Assembly: GCA_950097015.1 (NCBI GenBank)
Contig: CATNEN010000038.1
Location: forward strand, 12,028,001 to 12,092,000
DNA length: 64,000 bases
DNA from: Macrostomum hystrix
Lineage: Eukaryota; Animalia; Platyhelminthes
Reading direction: 5' to 3'
Positions 1 through 11,914 of the stretch are shown here, in pieces. Within the stretch, counting starts at the first letter, position 1. Every line of letters starts with the position of its first letter. The position numbers and the translations under genes were made by a program. The notes beneath the pieces are model-generated. The model made no database searches. It had not been told where the DNA came from and saw only the letters and a program-made list of their open reading frames with translations.

Positions 1-144
1 ACAGCGAGATGGTTAAAAAGGCCGGATTGGAGATGCGGTGAGAAAGATTGTGCGGCCTAATGTAGATTTAAAAATTAATACTGTAACAAAATAATCAAGG
101 CAGATACCCACATTCGTACTCTAAGTAGGCTCTAAGTAGTAGTA

Positions 145-255
145 GTTTGTGAATGGATAGTCACTATGGATTTGTGAATGGGGAGTCACTATGGATTTGT
201 GAATGGATAGTCACTATTGATTTGTGAATGGGAAGTCACTATGGATTTGTGAATT
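145..255. repeat. Minisatellite, ~25-bp unit (ggatttgtgaatggatagtcactat)
   Basis: About 4 tandem copies visible. Confidence 0.85.
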
Positions 256-259
256 TACG

Positions 260-452
260 GGAAAAATCAGACATTCGGCCAGAACCGATGAATATCTCGA
301 CGGTCTGAAGGGCTGACGACTTTGATTCTTGCTTCAGAAGAGCTGCCGAAAAGCTGAGCCGTGTTGTTGAGTTTCACGTGCTTGCGTTGCTCCGTTCGCT
401 GCTGCACAAATCATTGTGAGCGCGAGAATTCCCCCCCATGGTAGCTCTATAG
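260..452 (+). mobile_element. Unclassified interspersed repeat (family R3), copy 1
   Basis: Shares ggtctgaag..gacttgattcttg..ttcag..gtgcttgcgttgct with 11575-11910 and, inverted, with 44561-44900. Confidence 0.7.
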
Positions 453-557
453 CGTTAAAATCAGCCTTGGTTTCAAATAATCGGGCGTCATTTCACTGTA
501 GAATTGCTGGCTTATTTCCCATTTTCATCATCACATTCGGTCCTTCTTATACCCCAG

Positions 558-3112
558 CCAAAACGTCACGAAGCCAGTTGAGCAGCTGATTGAGTCGGTC
601 CAGGCTGATTACCTGCAGCTGGTCAGCGCTCTGTCGGCTCTGATGGCGAACACGACCCGGCGGCTGGAGGATGCGACCGCATTGCTGCGCAGAGAGGCGC
701 ACCATCAGGACAGGCTGATGCGGCAAATCAATGCCAGTCGCCAGCGGATGCTGTCACGAATGTCTGTCGCGTCAGTCAGCGAAAATAATGCCACGCAGAG
801 CCTAAATGTCAGTTCCGTTAGTCAGGATCTGGAGGACATTGCCCAGGTGCAAACATCGGTTCAGAACCTCACTATGCTGCAGGTATTTGATTGTTACTGT
901 TTGACTGTTTGACACGAAAGAGCTGTTAGACGGATCAGTAGCCTGTGTACATCAGGTGTGTACATCGGCCCTGACTTTCTCATCGGCAGGCAGTATACAC
1001 TCTCACTGTGCCTTGGAGGTTGGCCCTCAAGGGCGTAATTTGCAGGACAAGCCCCCAAGCCTTCTCTCCGCGGCTGCGCTCCAAATGAATGTGGCCTCGC
1101 TGCGGAATCGAACTCAGGGATATTCGCGCGAGAGGCAGACGTGTTTGACCGCTCTGCCACTGACCCGCCCTCAGTAGATATTTCAGATACAATGGCATCT
1201 TAGACGGATCTGTAGGCTGCTAGATACGTTGCCTGACATATGTTAGATGCCACTGGTAACTGCAACTCAGTCTCAATCACCGGTTGCTACCAGAGACGTC
1301 TCAGCGCAGCCTGCGAGTTGGCCCTGTCTGAGCTGGCCAGCAACAATGCCACTCTGCGATCCGCCACTGACCGTACGGTATTCGCCGAGCACGACGGTGA
1401 TGTCAGCCGCATTTTGAGCGGATTCAGCGCCAGCTTGGAGCACTGGGCAAGAGAGACTGAGGACATGGTGTACAGCCACGCCAGAGACGGCTGGATTCGA
1501 CCGAATCATAGCAATGCGGTGGACTCGGATGAGACTCTTTGGACTTTTCCCGGCGCCCTACTGTACTCAATCTCGGTGGTGACAACCATTGGTGAGGAGA
1601 CATCGACATCAACATCCACATCTCTTCGGCATTCCAGCTTTTCGACATTCCATCTCTTCGACATCCCCATTTCTGTAGCACCCAGAATCTCAGACAATTC
1701 AACTTAGTAACGCCCTAAATACTCGACATATCAAATATTCGACATCGCTAATGTTCGGCCGAATTGTTTAACAAATTATATATCCGACATTCCGATTGCT
1801 AGGCTACGGGCATGTCGCGCCGAAGACCGAGCGGGGCAGAGTTGCCACAATTGTCTACGCCATCATTGGCATTCCCATGATGCTGCTGTGCTTGTCCAAC
1901 ATGGGCTCCTTCATGGCCGGCATCCTCAGGTCATCGTCAATGATCCTATTTGATTAATAATAATAATGGCAATGAGGGCTGCGGGCAATGGCGCATCATT
2001 TCGTGACACTTGACCCGCAGCCAGCGAGGAGGCAATTCTGCCCATTTCGCTGACTCCTGAGTACAACACACGCACGCAGATACTGTATGGAGGCACATGC
2101 TCATCGTCAGGCAGTGTACAAACTCACTGTGCCTTGTAGGTTGGCCCTCAAGGGCGCAAATTGCACTACACGTCCCCAAGCCTTCTCTCCGCTGCTGCGC
2201 CCACAAAAGTGTGGCTTTGCCATTGAATCAAGAGCAGGGACCTTAGTGCCTGACGCGTTAACCGCTCTGCCACTAAGCCCCTACTATACTAATACTACTA
2301 CTACGACGATGAGTAATCAGTATTCAGCAGTCCCCGCTGGAGTAGCTTAGTTTATAGTATTTTTTAAAAAAGAAGTAGTGGTTGGAGCGGTTTACTTACG
2401 ACTTAAAAGGTTAGGAGTTCGATTCCCAGCTCCATTGGAACAATAATTTGTGCTCTTTAACAAGGCACTTAACTCTGCGTTGCTTCAGTTCACCCAGCTG
2501 TTAAATGGGTGCCAGCAGCATTAGCTGGGCTAATTGAGGGTGGGTGTGGCGTCCCCCCAGTCCATGGACTGAACAGCCATCAGACGCAGCCTTCAGGCGC
2601 GCCGTTTTTTTTACCATGCACCCTTATTCAGGCTGATCTACCGTTTCACTTGCCGGCCCTGCCTGCTGTGCTGCCGCCGCTGCTGCAACCGGCAGCATCC
2701 GCCGGCCGAACTTGGCGAAGCAGCTATCAGTCTAAACGGCGCTGAATCAGCAGCGGCAGCCGCCGTGATCGAAGCCGTAGCCTCCGTAACGGTGCCACTC
2801 TGGCTACCTATGGCCATCCTGATTGGCTACGTTGCCATGGGTGCCGTGTTCTTCGCCAACTGGGAGAACTGGGACCTGCTCTCGGCCAGCTATTTCGTAT
2901 TCATCACCCTCAGCACCATCGGATTCGGAGACCTGGTACCCGGCATGCACGTGTTCTCCTGGAGCAACGAGACTAAGCCGGTGATCTGTGGGATGTATCT
3001 GCTGTTCGGCCTGTCCCTCATAGCCATGTGCTTCGAGCTGATGCAGGCGGAGATCAAAGCCAAGGTCAAACGGCTGGCTAGGAGCATCGGCCTGCTAGAT
3101 GACGGCGAGTGA
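558..3112 (+). CDS. Two-pore-domain (K2P/TWiK-family) potassium channel, 5'-partial; exons ~558-882, ~1294-1591, 1803-1929, 2632-3112
   Basis: Spliced frame gives P1 WTFPGALLYSISVVTTI|GYGHVAPKT..GRVATIVYAIIGIP and P2 WENWDLLSASYFVFITLSTIGFGDLVPG, then the M4 helix and a stop at 3112. Junctions are GT-AG; the exon 2 acceptor was chosen by phase and is less certain. Confidence 0.92.
943..1170 (-). mobile_element. tRNA-derived SINE family A (3'-truncated)
   Basis: Minus strand has A-box TGGCAGAGCGG and B-box GTTCGATTCC; body matches copies at 1955, 7083 and 39305. Confidence 0.8.
1955..2280 (-). mobile_element. tRNA-derived SINE family A with 3' stem-loop and (ATT)n tail
   Basis: A-box TGGCAGAGCGG, shared body, ggctgcgggt...gcccgcagcc stem, ATT repeat tail. 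Confidence 0.8.
2376..2604 (+). mobile_element. tRNA-derived SINE family B (CORE-like central region)
   Basis: tagtggttggagcg A-box region, GTTCGATTCCC B-box, caaggcacttaac..cagttcacccagctgttaaatgggt; matches copies at 6808, 13716 and 22313. Confidence 0.8.
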
Positions 3113-6100
3113 GGACGGATCTAGTCCGATTTAACGATTGATTCAATTAACGAGTAAAGAAATATTAGCAACTTTATATTTTCTAACGAAAACAATTAAA
3201 ATAACTCGCTAGTTTTTTACATTTCACTGTGCTACTTGGCAGTGGGCAGTAGCAGGTTTAGCGCATGATAAATGTCTAGCGTGTTAAATATTGATAGTTC
3301 ATAAACTATCATTTTTTCAAAAGTTTTTTCTTCCTTTTTAAAGTGAGTTTTTTCTGTTCTATCTCGATCTTTAACAGCATAAAGGGCGGGGAAGTCTTTC
3401 GACTCTTAAAGGGGGTGGATGAAATACAATAGCGCTCTTGAAAAAATCTGCTCCAGAAAATGCACAACAAAAGTTAGGCCAGTGCTCTTGAGTTTTGTTT
3501 GTTTTTACTCTTTTCATGTACATAAAAATTCGCTTAACTAGATGTAATAGTAATAAAAGAGTATGGCAAAATGATTTAGAAGTCATGAATTCAATTGTAA
3601 ATATTTTAGAAAATCTAGTAAGATCAAATGTAACTACGGACGCGACCACTGCACCTGGCGCTCCTGGTTTCGGCACAATCTCCTCTCGCTGCCGAAATGA
3701 ATGACGGCAATTTTTCTAAGCTGCTGCATGAACAGTCGCAAAGTAAGTTAATACAGTGAAAATTAGCAGTTTTAGCAATCAAATAAGAAATAAAATTTTT
3801 TTTTCCCGTTTCTGCACAATTTCACTTTTTTGTACGAGTATTGTACGAGAAGCAATTTTAAGCGTGAGTTATGCATAACATTATATTGTTCCAAAGGTTG
3901 TCACGTTTCCATAAAAAGCTTGAGTGTTGCAATTGAAACAAACATACTCTGAATAAAGCTCAAAATTAAGAATCATGTGGCGGTCAGTAAACACGCGACC
4001 GGCCAGTGCCAGTGCAGCTGCACTCCAAATAACTCTTACTTCAAGTAAGCTCGTCGCATGAGTAAAAAAGCCTGTACTATTGCATGACGAAGTTTCGGTT
4101 TCAACGAATAGGCGTAGCAGTTTCGGTTTATTTTACTAGTAAGGTATATTATCAATCGTTACAAAACCTTGTAGCGGAAAGCACTCTCATGCAATAAATT
4201 GGGCCTTCGAATTGAGAAATCGTCTTTACGGCGAATGCTGGCTATATCTTAGATGGGTTACAGAGCTACTCAATGGATTTCACTTGAAACACAGCTACGG
4301 CTACAGTTCAGATTAGCCACTGATAAAATAACAACCAGCACTCAGTCGTAGAACTTGCCCCGGGGAGAGGGAACCTTCGTGGCCTAATTAGCACATTTGA
4401 ATACGAAAGTTCTACGACTATGTAGTACACTAAAACAAAACCATTATAAATATTAATGGAAAACCAAAGAAATATCCCTAACAATTATAGCTAACGAAAA
4501 TAATGCACATAATTCAAAATAGCATATTAAAATTACAATAAATATGAGAGACAACGTCACAATTTGGTGAGTTTGTTAAAATCGTGACGCCTGCTTTTAA
4601 CTTACACGCGGTGGTGTTGGAAAATATCAAGAGAAAGCCAAAATTTATATATTGCAGATAATGTAACAGTAGGGCTACAAAAACATTTGTGCACAAAAAA
4701 GATTTAACTTCTTAAAACATCCACAAACTTTTGTGCTGCGTAAAGTGCGACACAACCATTTCACCCTCTGTAACAATTTTTTTCTTGGCTTAGCTATTGC
4801 TAGGTGACCTATTGGAGTATTCAGTATCTTTATTGGTTACGCAAGTAGGGCCTATTTTCATGTCTTTATAAAATTATTTAGCGTTATATCTGAGCTAAGC
4901 CTATACTATAGCACTATAGAACTAAAGGACCACTGCATTGGGCCTATTATATGGGCTTATTGAAATTTAATGCTGTAAAATACTCTGAGTAGGCCTATTC
5001 TGATTCCAATTTCCATTGTGTGCACTAGAACAAATTTTTGCCTCTCAAAATTGTGTGCCATGCGCCAACATGAAAACCTTTGTGTGCGCCATTGTACGCC
5101 TGTCACTACCTGTCTTGCAACATTAAAATACATTTTTATAATATATTTTGTGCAATATCATATTCGCACTAAGCCCTACCCCTATAATATCTTTAATATT
5201 ACTATGGTACAGGCATTTAAAGAATACAGGCATACACAAGACAAGAGATGATATTATTATAGTTAATGTGGGTTATTATGAGAAATCAAGATTGGTTAAA
5301 CAATAATAGAAATTAAAAAAATGAAAATGAAAATTTTGATTTTTAAAACAAAAAAAACAATTATGCTGGCCAGTGTCCTCTGGAGTCTGGTAGGGCCTAT
5401 GTGCCCATTGTGCACCTTTGTGTGTCAAACAAATCTTCTGTGTGCCATGCCCCTTCTGTGTGCTTCTTATTGACTTCAAACTTCACCTAAACTGTGTTTT
5501 TGTGAATTATTAAATCCACTAGAAGACTGTGGATTGTTGACCCACTGTCCTTTGTAGCTTAAGCCCTATTTTATGTAAAGCTAAATGTATAAGGTAGCTA
5601 CTGCTTCTGTTGACTTTTAAAAAAACTAAAGCTAATATATTTTTGGAGAGTGTGTATGTACTATAGCACTCCACAACAATAGTTTTACTTTAAGGTCCAT
5701 AAGTGTAATGTTTGCAATTGAAACACTAGCAATAGCAATAGCAATAGAAGTAGTAGCAATGCATGTAAGCTATCAGTTTATCAGCTATTATACAATAGTT
5801 TGAACTATGTTGTATTTAGGCTGAATTTAATTGCATTTAATATTAAATAATGCAAAAAAAGTTTTAAAGCAAGAAATAGGCCTAGTGGATATGTGCAGCC
5901 AAGAGTGCTTTAACTGTTGCCATTGCTAACACTCATCCTACTGTATTACCACCTTTGTCTGCCTAACTATGTCAGTCATCAGCATATATTTTTTGTTTCC
6001 CAAAATACTCATTTTTTGCCATGTTTATACATTGTTTAGTTTGGGTTAGGGCCTAGCTATGTACTAGGTGGATACAGGGGTCCATTAATGGGACCACTAT

Positions 6101-6578
6101 GGGGCCTATAGCAGCCTTCTATTGGAAGACACAGCTATAACTAGCTAGTTGTAAAATAATATCTTAGGCCAGGCCTAGCTCACTAATGTGAGCTTACATT
6201 TTTGAAATAATTTTTCTGAGGTTATTTCCACAGACAAACTGCAATTCAGTGAGGTTAATAAGTGTAATACAAACTTATATGATACCACTATTAACAAAGC
6301 AGATGCCCACTTGCCCTACTGAATTACTAAATTACTACTAGTTACTAAATTGCTGTTTTTTAAACTATAGTTTAAATAATAAGTCAAGTGTTAAGTGCAA
6401 ATCTAACTTAAGCTAAAACCTCTTTCAAAATAGTAAACTCGGACTTTAAGGCAGATAAAATAAAAAGGTTTTCCTAAATAACATAAATTTAAAATATTTA
6501 GTGTTTTAGTCAATTAATGTCATATTATTAGCAACACCTAAATGCTAACTTGCAGCTTGTTTATAGCTAACCAGCTGC

Positions 6579-9500
6579 ATGGCCGAATTCGCTGAGGAAC
6601 AGCTGGAGCAGCAGCTGCCAGAACTGCAAGAGCTGACTATGTCCCGCCTGCTGAGCCCTGATGAGGCCAAACAGCTGTTGCGCAAGCGGCGAAACTTTGA
6701 GTACCGGCTGCAGAAACGAGAAAAACGACTGCGAGACTATCAGGCCTACGCACAGCACGAGGTTAGTTAATTGTGCTAGTGCAGTCTAATTTACATACTC
6801 TAGTGGCAGGGGTTGTAGCCTAGTGGTTAAAGTGTCGGACTCACAACTTAACGGTCGGCAGTTCGATTCTAGACTCCACTAGAACAATTTGTGTGCTTTA
6901 GAAAGACACTTACATCTGCATTGCTTCTGTTCACACAGCTGTTAAATGGGTACCAGCATTTGCTGGGGTAATCGAAGGTGGGTGTGGCTTCCCCCAGTCC
7001 ATGGACTGAACAGCTGTACACAGACTTCAGATGTGCCGCGAAGTGGCTGCGGCCTGTGCTGTTGGCTGGGCCGATCAGGATGGGGCGAATGGCAGAGTGG
7101 TTAACGCGCGTTTGCCTCTCGCACCAATGTCCGTGAGTTCGATTCCGCGGCGAGGCCACATTCATTTGCAGTGAGAAGGCTTGGGGCTTATCCTGCAATT
7201 TACGCCCTTGAGGGCCATGCGTACAGTATCTGTGTGCATGTGTGCTCAGGAGTCAGTGAAATGGGCAGAATTGCCTCCTCGCTGGCTTCGGGTCTGGTGT
7301 CAGCAAATGATGTGCCCGCAGCCCTCCTGCTATTATTATTAATAACCCGATCTGGGCAGGTGAAATGAATAGTATAATTGATAATTAAAATATGGAAAGG
7401 ATGGTCTTCTCTTACTTAAGGTATCAACGCAAAAAAACTTTTTGGTAAACAGCATGGGCAACTATGCATTGATTTTTAACTGTTTTTCCCTCGTCATCTA
7501 AGTAGTATAGAATCTAATTAGCCATCACCCTGACTGTCTCAGGTTGGCCTGCTTCTCCTGTTGAAGCACAGGCGAGCGGCCGCTCACTATTATTTCAAGC
7601 GCGATCGCATCGAGGCCTCCATTGTGCAGCGGCTGCACCGCCTGCACCGGCAGGCCTGCTACCGCTTCCAGGATCGCCTGGACTGCTGGATTGCTCACGC
7701 CCGCTTCTGTGACACCATCGGCCATCCGCTCCAGGCTAGCAAAGTGCTGGCCCGCATGCTGCAGGTTCATTCTGGCAGGGAGGACCTGTGGCTGGCTGCC
7801 GCCGACTGGCACTGGACTGACCGCCTGGAGTCCCGGGCCAGGTGGCTGAGGCAAAAGGAGGGCAGAAAGCGAAAGCAGGCGGACCAGAAGGATTGGGAGA
7901 AAACTCAGCAACAGGCGCTTGGGATGGCAGATGATGCGGCACCGGTGAGATTTGCGTTTATCTGACGGTGTCTGATGGCTGAAGATCTGTCAGCTTTAAC
8001 AGTGGAAGAACACGAGGGTTATACCACATACCCACATTTGTTCTATTCTTCTGTATCTCTTAAAATATTCAATCAGTCGGCTTGAAAATATTCAAAACAC
8101 TAGCTAAAATTTTCCATTCTATCCGATGAAGCACTTTCCAGAATCGCAAAACATCTACGTCGGTGAGATATTCAACGCTTCTCGACCGATAGGCCGATAT
8201 GTTAAACCGATATGGATTCGCCAAAGAGGTTTATACAGAGCAATGTTACTTGTCATTGTCAACAGGGTCTTCGACAAGATTCGCTGAATATCTCGACGAT
8301 GCTGACTCGGACGGCTTTGAAACTTAGTCCATCGTAATGTGCAGAACATTTTGATCCATATGGTGGATTTTTCAGGAAAATTAGTCATTCGGTTTGGGAG
8401 CTAACGTGAAATTAGCAGCGGATTTGTGAATCGTCTTCAACAGGTTTCTAGGAATCGTGAATCGTCTTCAACGGGTTTCCAGGAATCGTGAATCGTCTTC
8501 AACGGGTTTCCAGGAATCGTGAATCGTCTTCAACAGGGTTCTAGGAATCGTGAATCGTCTTCAACGGGTTTCCAGGAATCGTGAATCGTCTTCAACGGGT
8601 TTCTAGGAATCGTGAATCGTTTTCAACGGGTTTCTAGGAATCGTGAATCGTCTTCAAAGGGTTTCCAGGAATCGTGAATCGTCTTAAACAGGTTTCTACG
8701 AAACGTGAATCATCTTAAACAGGTTTCTAGAAATCGTGAATCGTCTTAAACAGGTTTCTACGAAACGTGAATCGTCTTAAACAGGTTTCTGGGAATGTTG
8801 AATAATCTTTAACTTGTTTCTAGGAATTGTGAATCATCTTAAACAGGTTTCCAGGAATCATTAATCGTCTTCAACAGGTTTCTATGAAACGTAAATCGTC
8901 TTCAACGGGTTTCCAGGAATCGTGAATCGTCTTCAGCAGGTTTCTGGGAATCGTGAATCGTCTTCAACAGGTTTCTGGGAATCGTGAATCATCTTCAACA
9001 GGTTTCTAGGAATCGTGAATCGTCTTCATCGGGTTTCCAGGAATCGTGAATCGTCTTTAGCAGGTTTCCAGGAATCGTGAATCGTCTTAAACAGGTTTCT
9101 AGGAATCGTGAATAGTCTTCAACGGGTTTCTAGGAATCGTGAATCGTCTTCAACGGGTTTCCAGGAATCGTGAATCGTCTTAAACAGGTTTCTGGGAATG
9201 TTAAATAATCTTTAACTTGTTTCTAGGAATTGTAAATCATCTTAAACAGGTTTCCAGGAATCATTAATCGTCTTCAACTGTTTTCTAGGAATCGCGAACC
9301 GTCTTAAACAGGTTTCCAGGAATCGCGAATCTTCTTAAACAAGTTTCTGGGAATCATTCATCATCTTAAACTGGTTTCCAGGAATCGTGAATCGTCTTCA
9401 ACTGGATTCTAGGAATCGCGAATCGTCTTAAACAGGTTTCTGGGAATCGTGTATCATTTTTAACAGGTTTCTAGGAATCGTGAATAATCTTAAACAGGTT

Positions 9501-10582
9501 TCTGGGAATCGTGAATCGTCTTAAACAGGTTTCCAGGAATCGTGAATCGTCTTAAACAGGTTTCCAGGAATCGTGAATCGTCTTAAACAGGTTTCCAGGA
9601 ATCATCAATCATCTTCAACAGATTTCTAGGAATAGTGAATCATCTTCCGTCCGAGATTTTTCCTCTGTTGTTAATTTTTGCCAACCCTAATACCTGCCTC
9701 AGGAGCCAGCCCGCCAGACCGCCCCAGCCAAGGAGGTGCTGCAGTCCGCCCAACTCGCCCGCGCCTTCCTGCTGCGCGGCCTGCGCGTACACAAGCGCAG
9801 CCGCCGGCTGCTATTCGGCCTGCTGCGCCTCGAGTGCGACCTGACCGTCTGGCTCAACCGGCAGGGCCGTGACGACCTGCCCGCAGCTGCTGGCATCGAC
9901 GCCGACTCCGTGGCAGCCGGTGAGCCGGCCGCTCTGGTGCTGACCGCCCTACTGGAGACAGTCGCCGAGCCGCCCATTGCGGAGGATCGCGACCTGCTGG
10001 CCGGCATGCTGGCAACGGTGCGAGATTGCCCTGTGCTGGCCGAGCGCTTCCTTGACGACCTGGCAACTCGGCTGGAGAGGGCGCTGCAACATACTGAGGA
10101 CTCTGACATGCCGTCCGCCGCTGCCGAAGCCGCCGCAGCTCCAGCGGATCCCGATGCTGAATCTCTGCGCCAACTTGACGCCGCCGAAGGACTGGAAGCT
10201 ATCCGACAAGTTTGGACCGCCGTCAGGTTGGTTGCCATGCTGTCTCTGGGATGATTGGCTGCCGACACAAACAAGCGTTTGTACCCCTAACTAATCTGTT
10301 CTCAGGGACACCGCCGGGGTTCGAGTCCTGCGTCGCTACTGCGAGCTGGAGGCAGCCGCGGGCGCCGCCTCCGCAGCCAGGGTGCGTCGCGAGTTCGAAC
10401 GCCTGGCCAGCAGATTGGGAGCCGGCTGTGTTGACTACTGGATCGCTTACTTGCATTTCGAGGACAGCTGGGGCGACTCGGCCCTGATTGGCCAGCTGGA
10501 CTGGCGGGCTAGGAAGTTTCTGAGGCCGGAGCTGCTGAATGCGTACAATGCGGCGAGACTGTGCCCTCAGATTGCTGGCTGA
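6579..10582 (+). CDS. UTP6: U3 snoRNA-associated protein 6 homolog; exons 6579-6761, 7543-7944, 9703-10226, 10306-10582 (461 aa)
   Basis: N-terminus MAEFAEEQLEQQLPELQEL..KRRNFEYRLQKR..YAQHE, and YYFKRDRIEASIV and ARAFLLRGLRVH, match UTP6. HAT-like C-terminus YWIAYLHFE. All junctions are GT-AG and in frame. Confidence 0.9.
6808..7082 (+). mobile_element. SINE family B in UTP6 intron
   Basis: ggttgtagcctagtggttaaag..gcagttcgattc tRNA-like head plus shared body. Confidence 0.8.
7083..7345 (+). mobile_element. SINE family A (internally deleted), directly after SINE B
   Basis: TGGCAGAGTGG A-box, GTTCGATTCC B-box, 3' stem and tattattatt tail. Confidence 0.8.
8425..9648. repeat. Intronic minisatellite, 31-bp unit (aatcgtcttcaacgggtttccaggaatcgtg)
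   Basis: About 39 tandem degenerate copies. Confidence 0.95.
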
Positions 10583-10776
10583 CCCCCCGGAGCTTGTGAA
10601 ATCCAAGAAGCAATCTAAAATACACAGCTTTCATGTTAACTTTAATCAACAAGTCAGACATTTGGTTTACAAATTTGGCGCCTCAGTGTAAACAGCTTCT
10701 TGCTTTTTCTTTCTCTGCCCAAAGGCTGGATCTAAAGTTCTAAACCTACATAAATACCTGAATTGATGATTTAGAG

Positions 10777-11396
10777 CAGGGGTCGGCAACCTTATATACC
10801 CCGCGGGCTAAAGAGAGAATCTTAAAGACGACGGCGGGCCGCATGAAGAAAGGGGAGAAATCAGACAGGTGAGAGATGAGACAAGTGAGAGATGAGACGG
10901 GGGAGATAAGACGCAAGAGAGATGAGACGGGGGAGATAAGAGGCAAGAGAGATGAGACGGGGGAGATAAGACGCAAGAGAGAGATAAGACGCATGAGACG
11001 GGGGAGATAAGACGCAAGAGAGATGAGACAGGGGAGAGACGGAAAATGGGAGAGATGAGACAGGGGAGAGATGAAAAAGGTGAGAGATGAGACTGGGGAG
11101 AGATAAGACAGGGGAGAGGTGAGACAGGGAGAGATGAGACAGGGGAGAGATAAGACAGGGGAGAGGTGAGACAGGGAGAGATGAGACAGGGGAGAGATAA
11201 GACAGGGAGAGATGAGATAGGGGAGAGATAAGACAGGGGAGAGATGAGACTGGGGAGAGATAAGACAGGGGAGAGGTGAGACAGGGAGAGATGAGATAGG
11301 GTGTACTGTAGAGTATGTGTTAGGAGAAGCTAAGGGCCAGATTTGGGAGCTTTGAGGGCCGCATCTGGCCCGCGGGCCGGAGGTTGCCGACCCCTG
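10777..11396. mobile_element. Non-autonomous hAT (Charlie-like) MITE with internal purine-rich minisatellite
   Basis: TIR CAGGGGTCGGCAAC...GTTGCCGACCCCTG; 8-bp TSD atttagag/gtttagag; GGCCCGCGGGCC subterminal palindrome. Confidence 0.9.
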
Positions 11397-11574
11397 GTTT
11401 AGAGGTTTAACAATAGGACCAGCAAGCCATTTAGCTGCCCGTTTTTATTCCAAAGGGGAGAATTTCCCCTTTTCTTGATTCTTGATTTCTGAAAAAAAAA
11501 CTGGCTGTGCCTGAATGCTAGCAGCGTTGGGTGGGGACTGATTGGTTGACAGACTAGACGCTGTTGTATTTAGG

Positions 11575-11910
11575 CTTGATCAATGAAATTGGAGAAATTC
11601 GCGACAGCGTGTCCATTGTGACCTATTTCCACCTTTTGTAGCCCTTTGAAGGTCCAGCAGTCCGTCTAGATAAAGGTAGGTGACCACCGAAGACTGAGAT
11701 GGTGCAGGCACATTCGGGTGGCATGCTGAGAAATTTTGAATGCCTGGCAAAGCCGTACTGAGGCGCAATGCAATAGGGGTGTATGAAAATTAAATATCTC
11801 GTCGGTCTGAAGAGCTGGCGACTTGATTCTTGTTTCAGAAAATGCGCAAGAAAAAGTTGCTTCGTGTGCTTGCGTTGCTTCGTTTGGGTGCAGCGCAAAA
11901 AATTGTCAGG
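11575..11910 (+). mobile_element. Unclassified interspersed repeat R3, copy 2
   Basis: About 330 bp similar to the reverse complement of 44600-44900. Confidence 0.75.
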
Positions 11911-11914
11911 GGGT

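Noticed and set aside
2019-2033. HDV-like ribozyme in SINE A (GCCTCCTCGCTGGC equals the HDV genomic P3/L3)
   Set aside because: No GG (P1.1) after a 7-nt P1 strand and no consistent P2 or J4/2 across copies; the downstream bases instead pair with the SINE 3' end.
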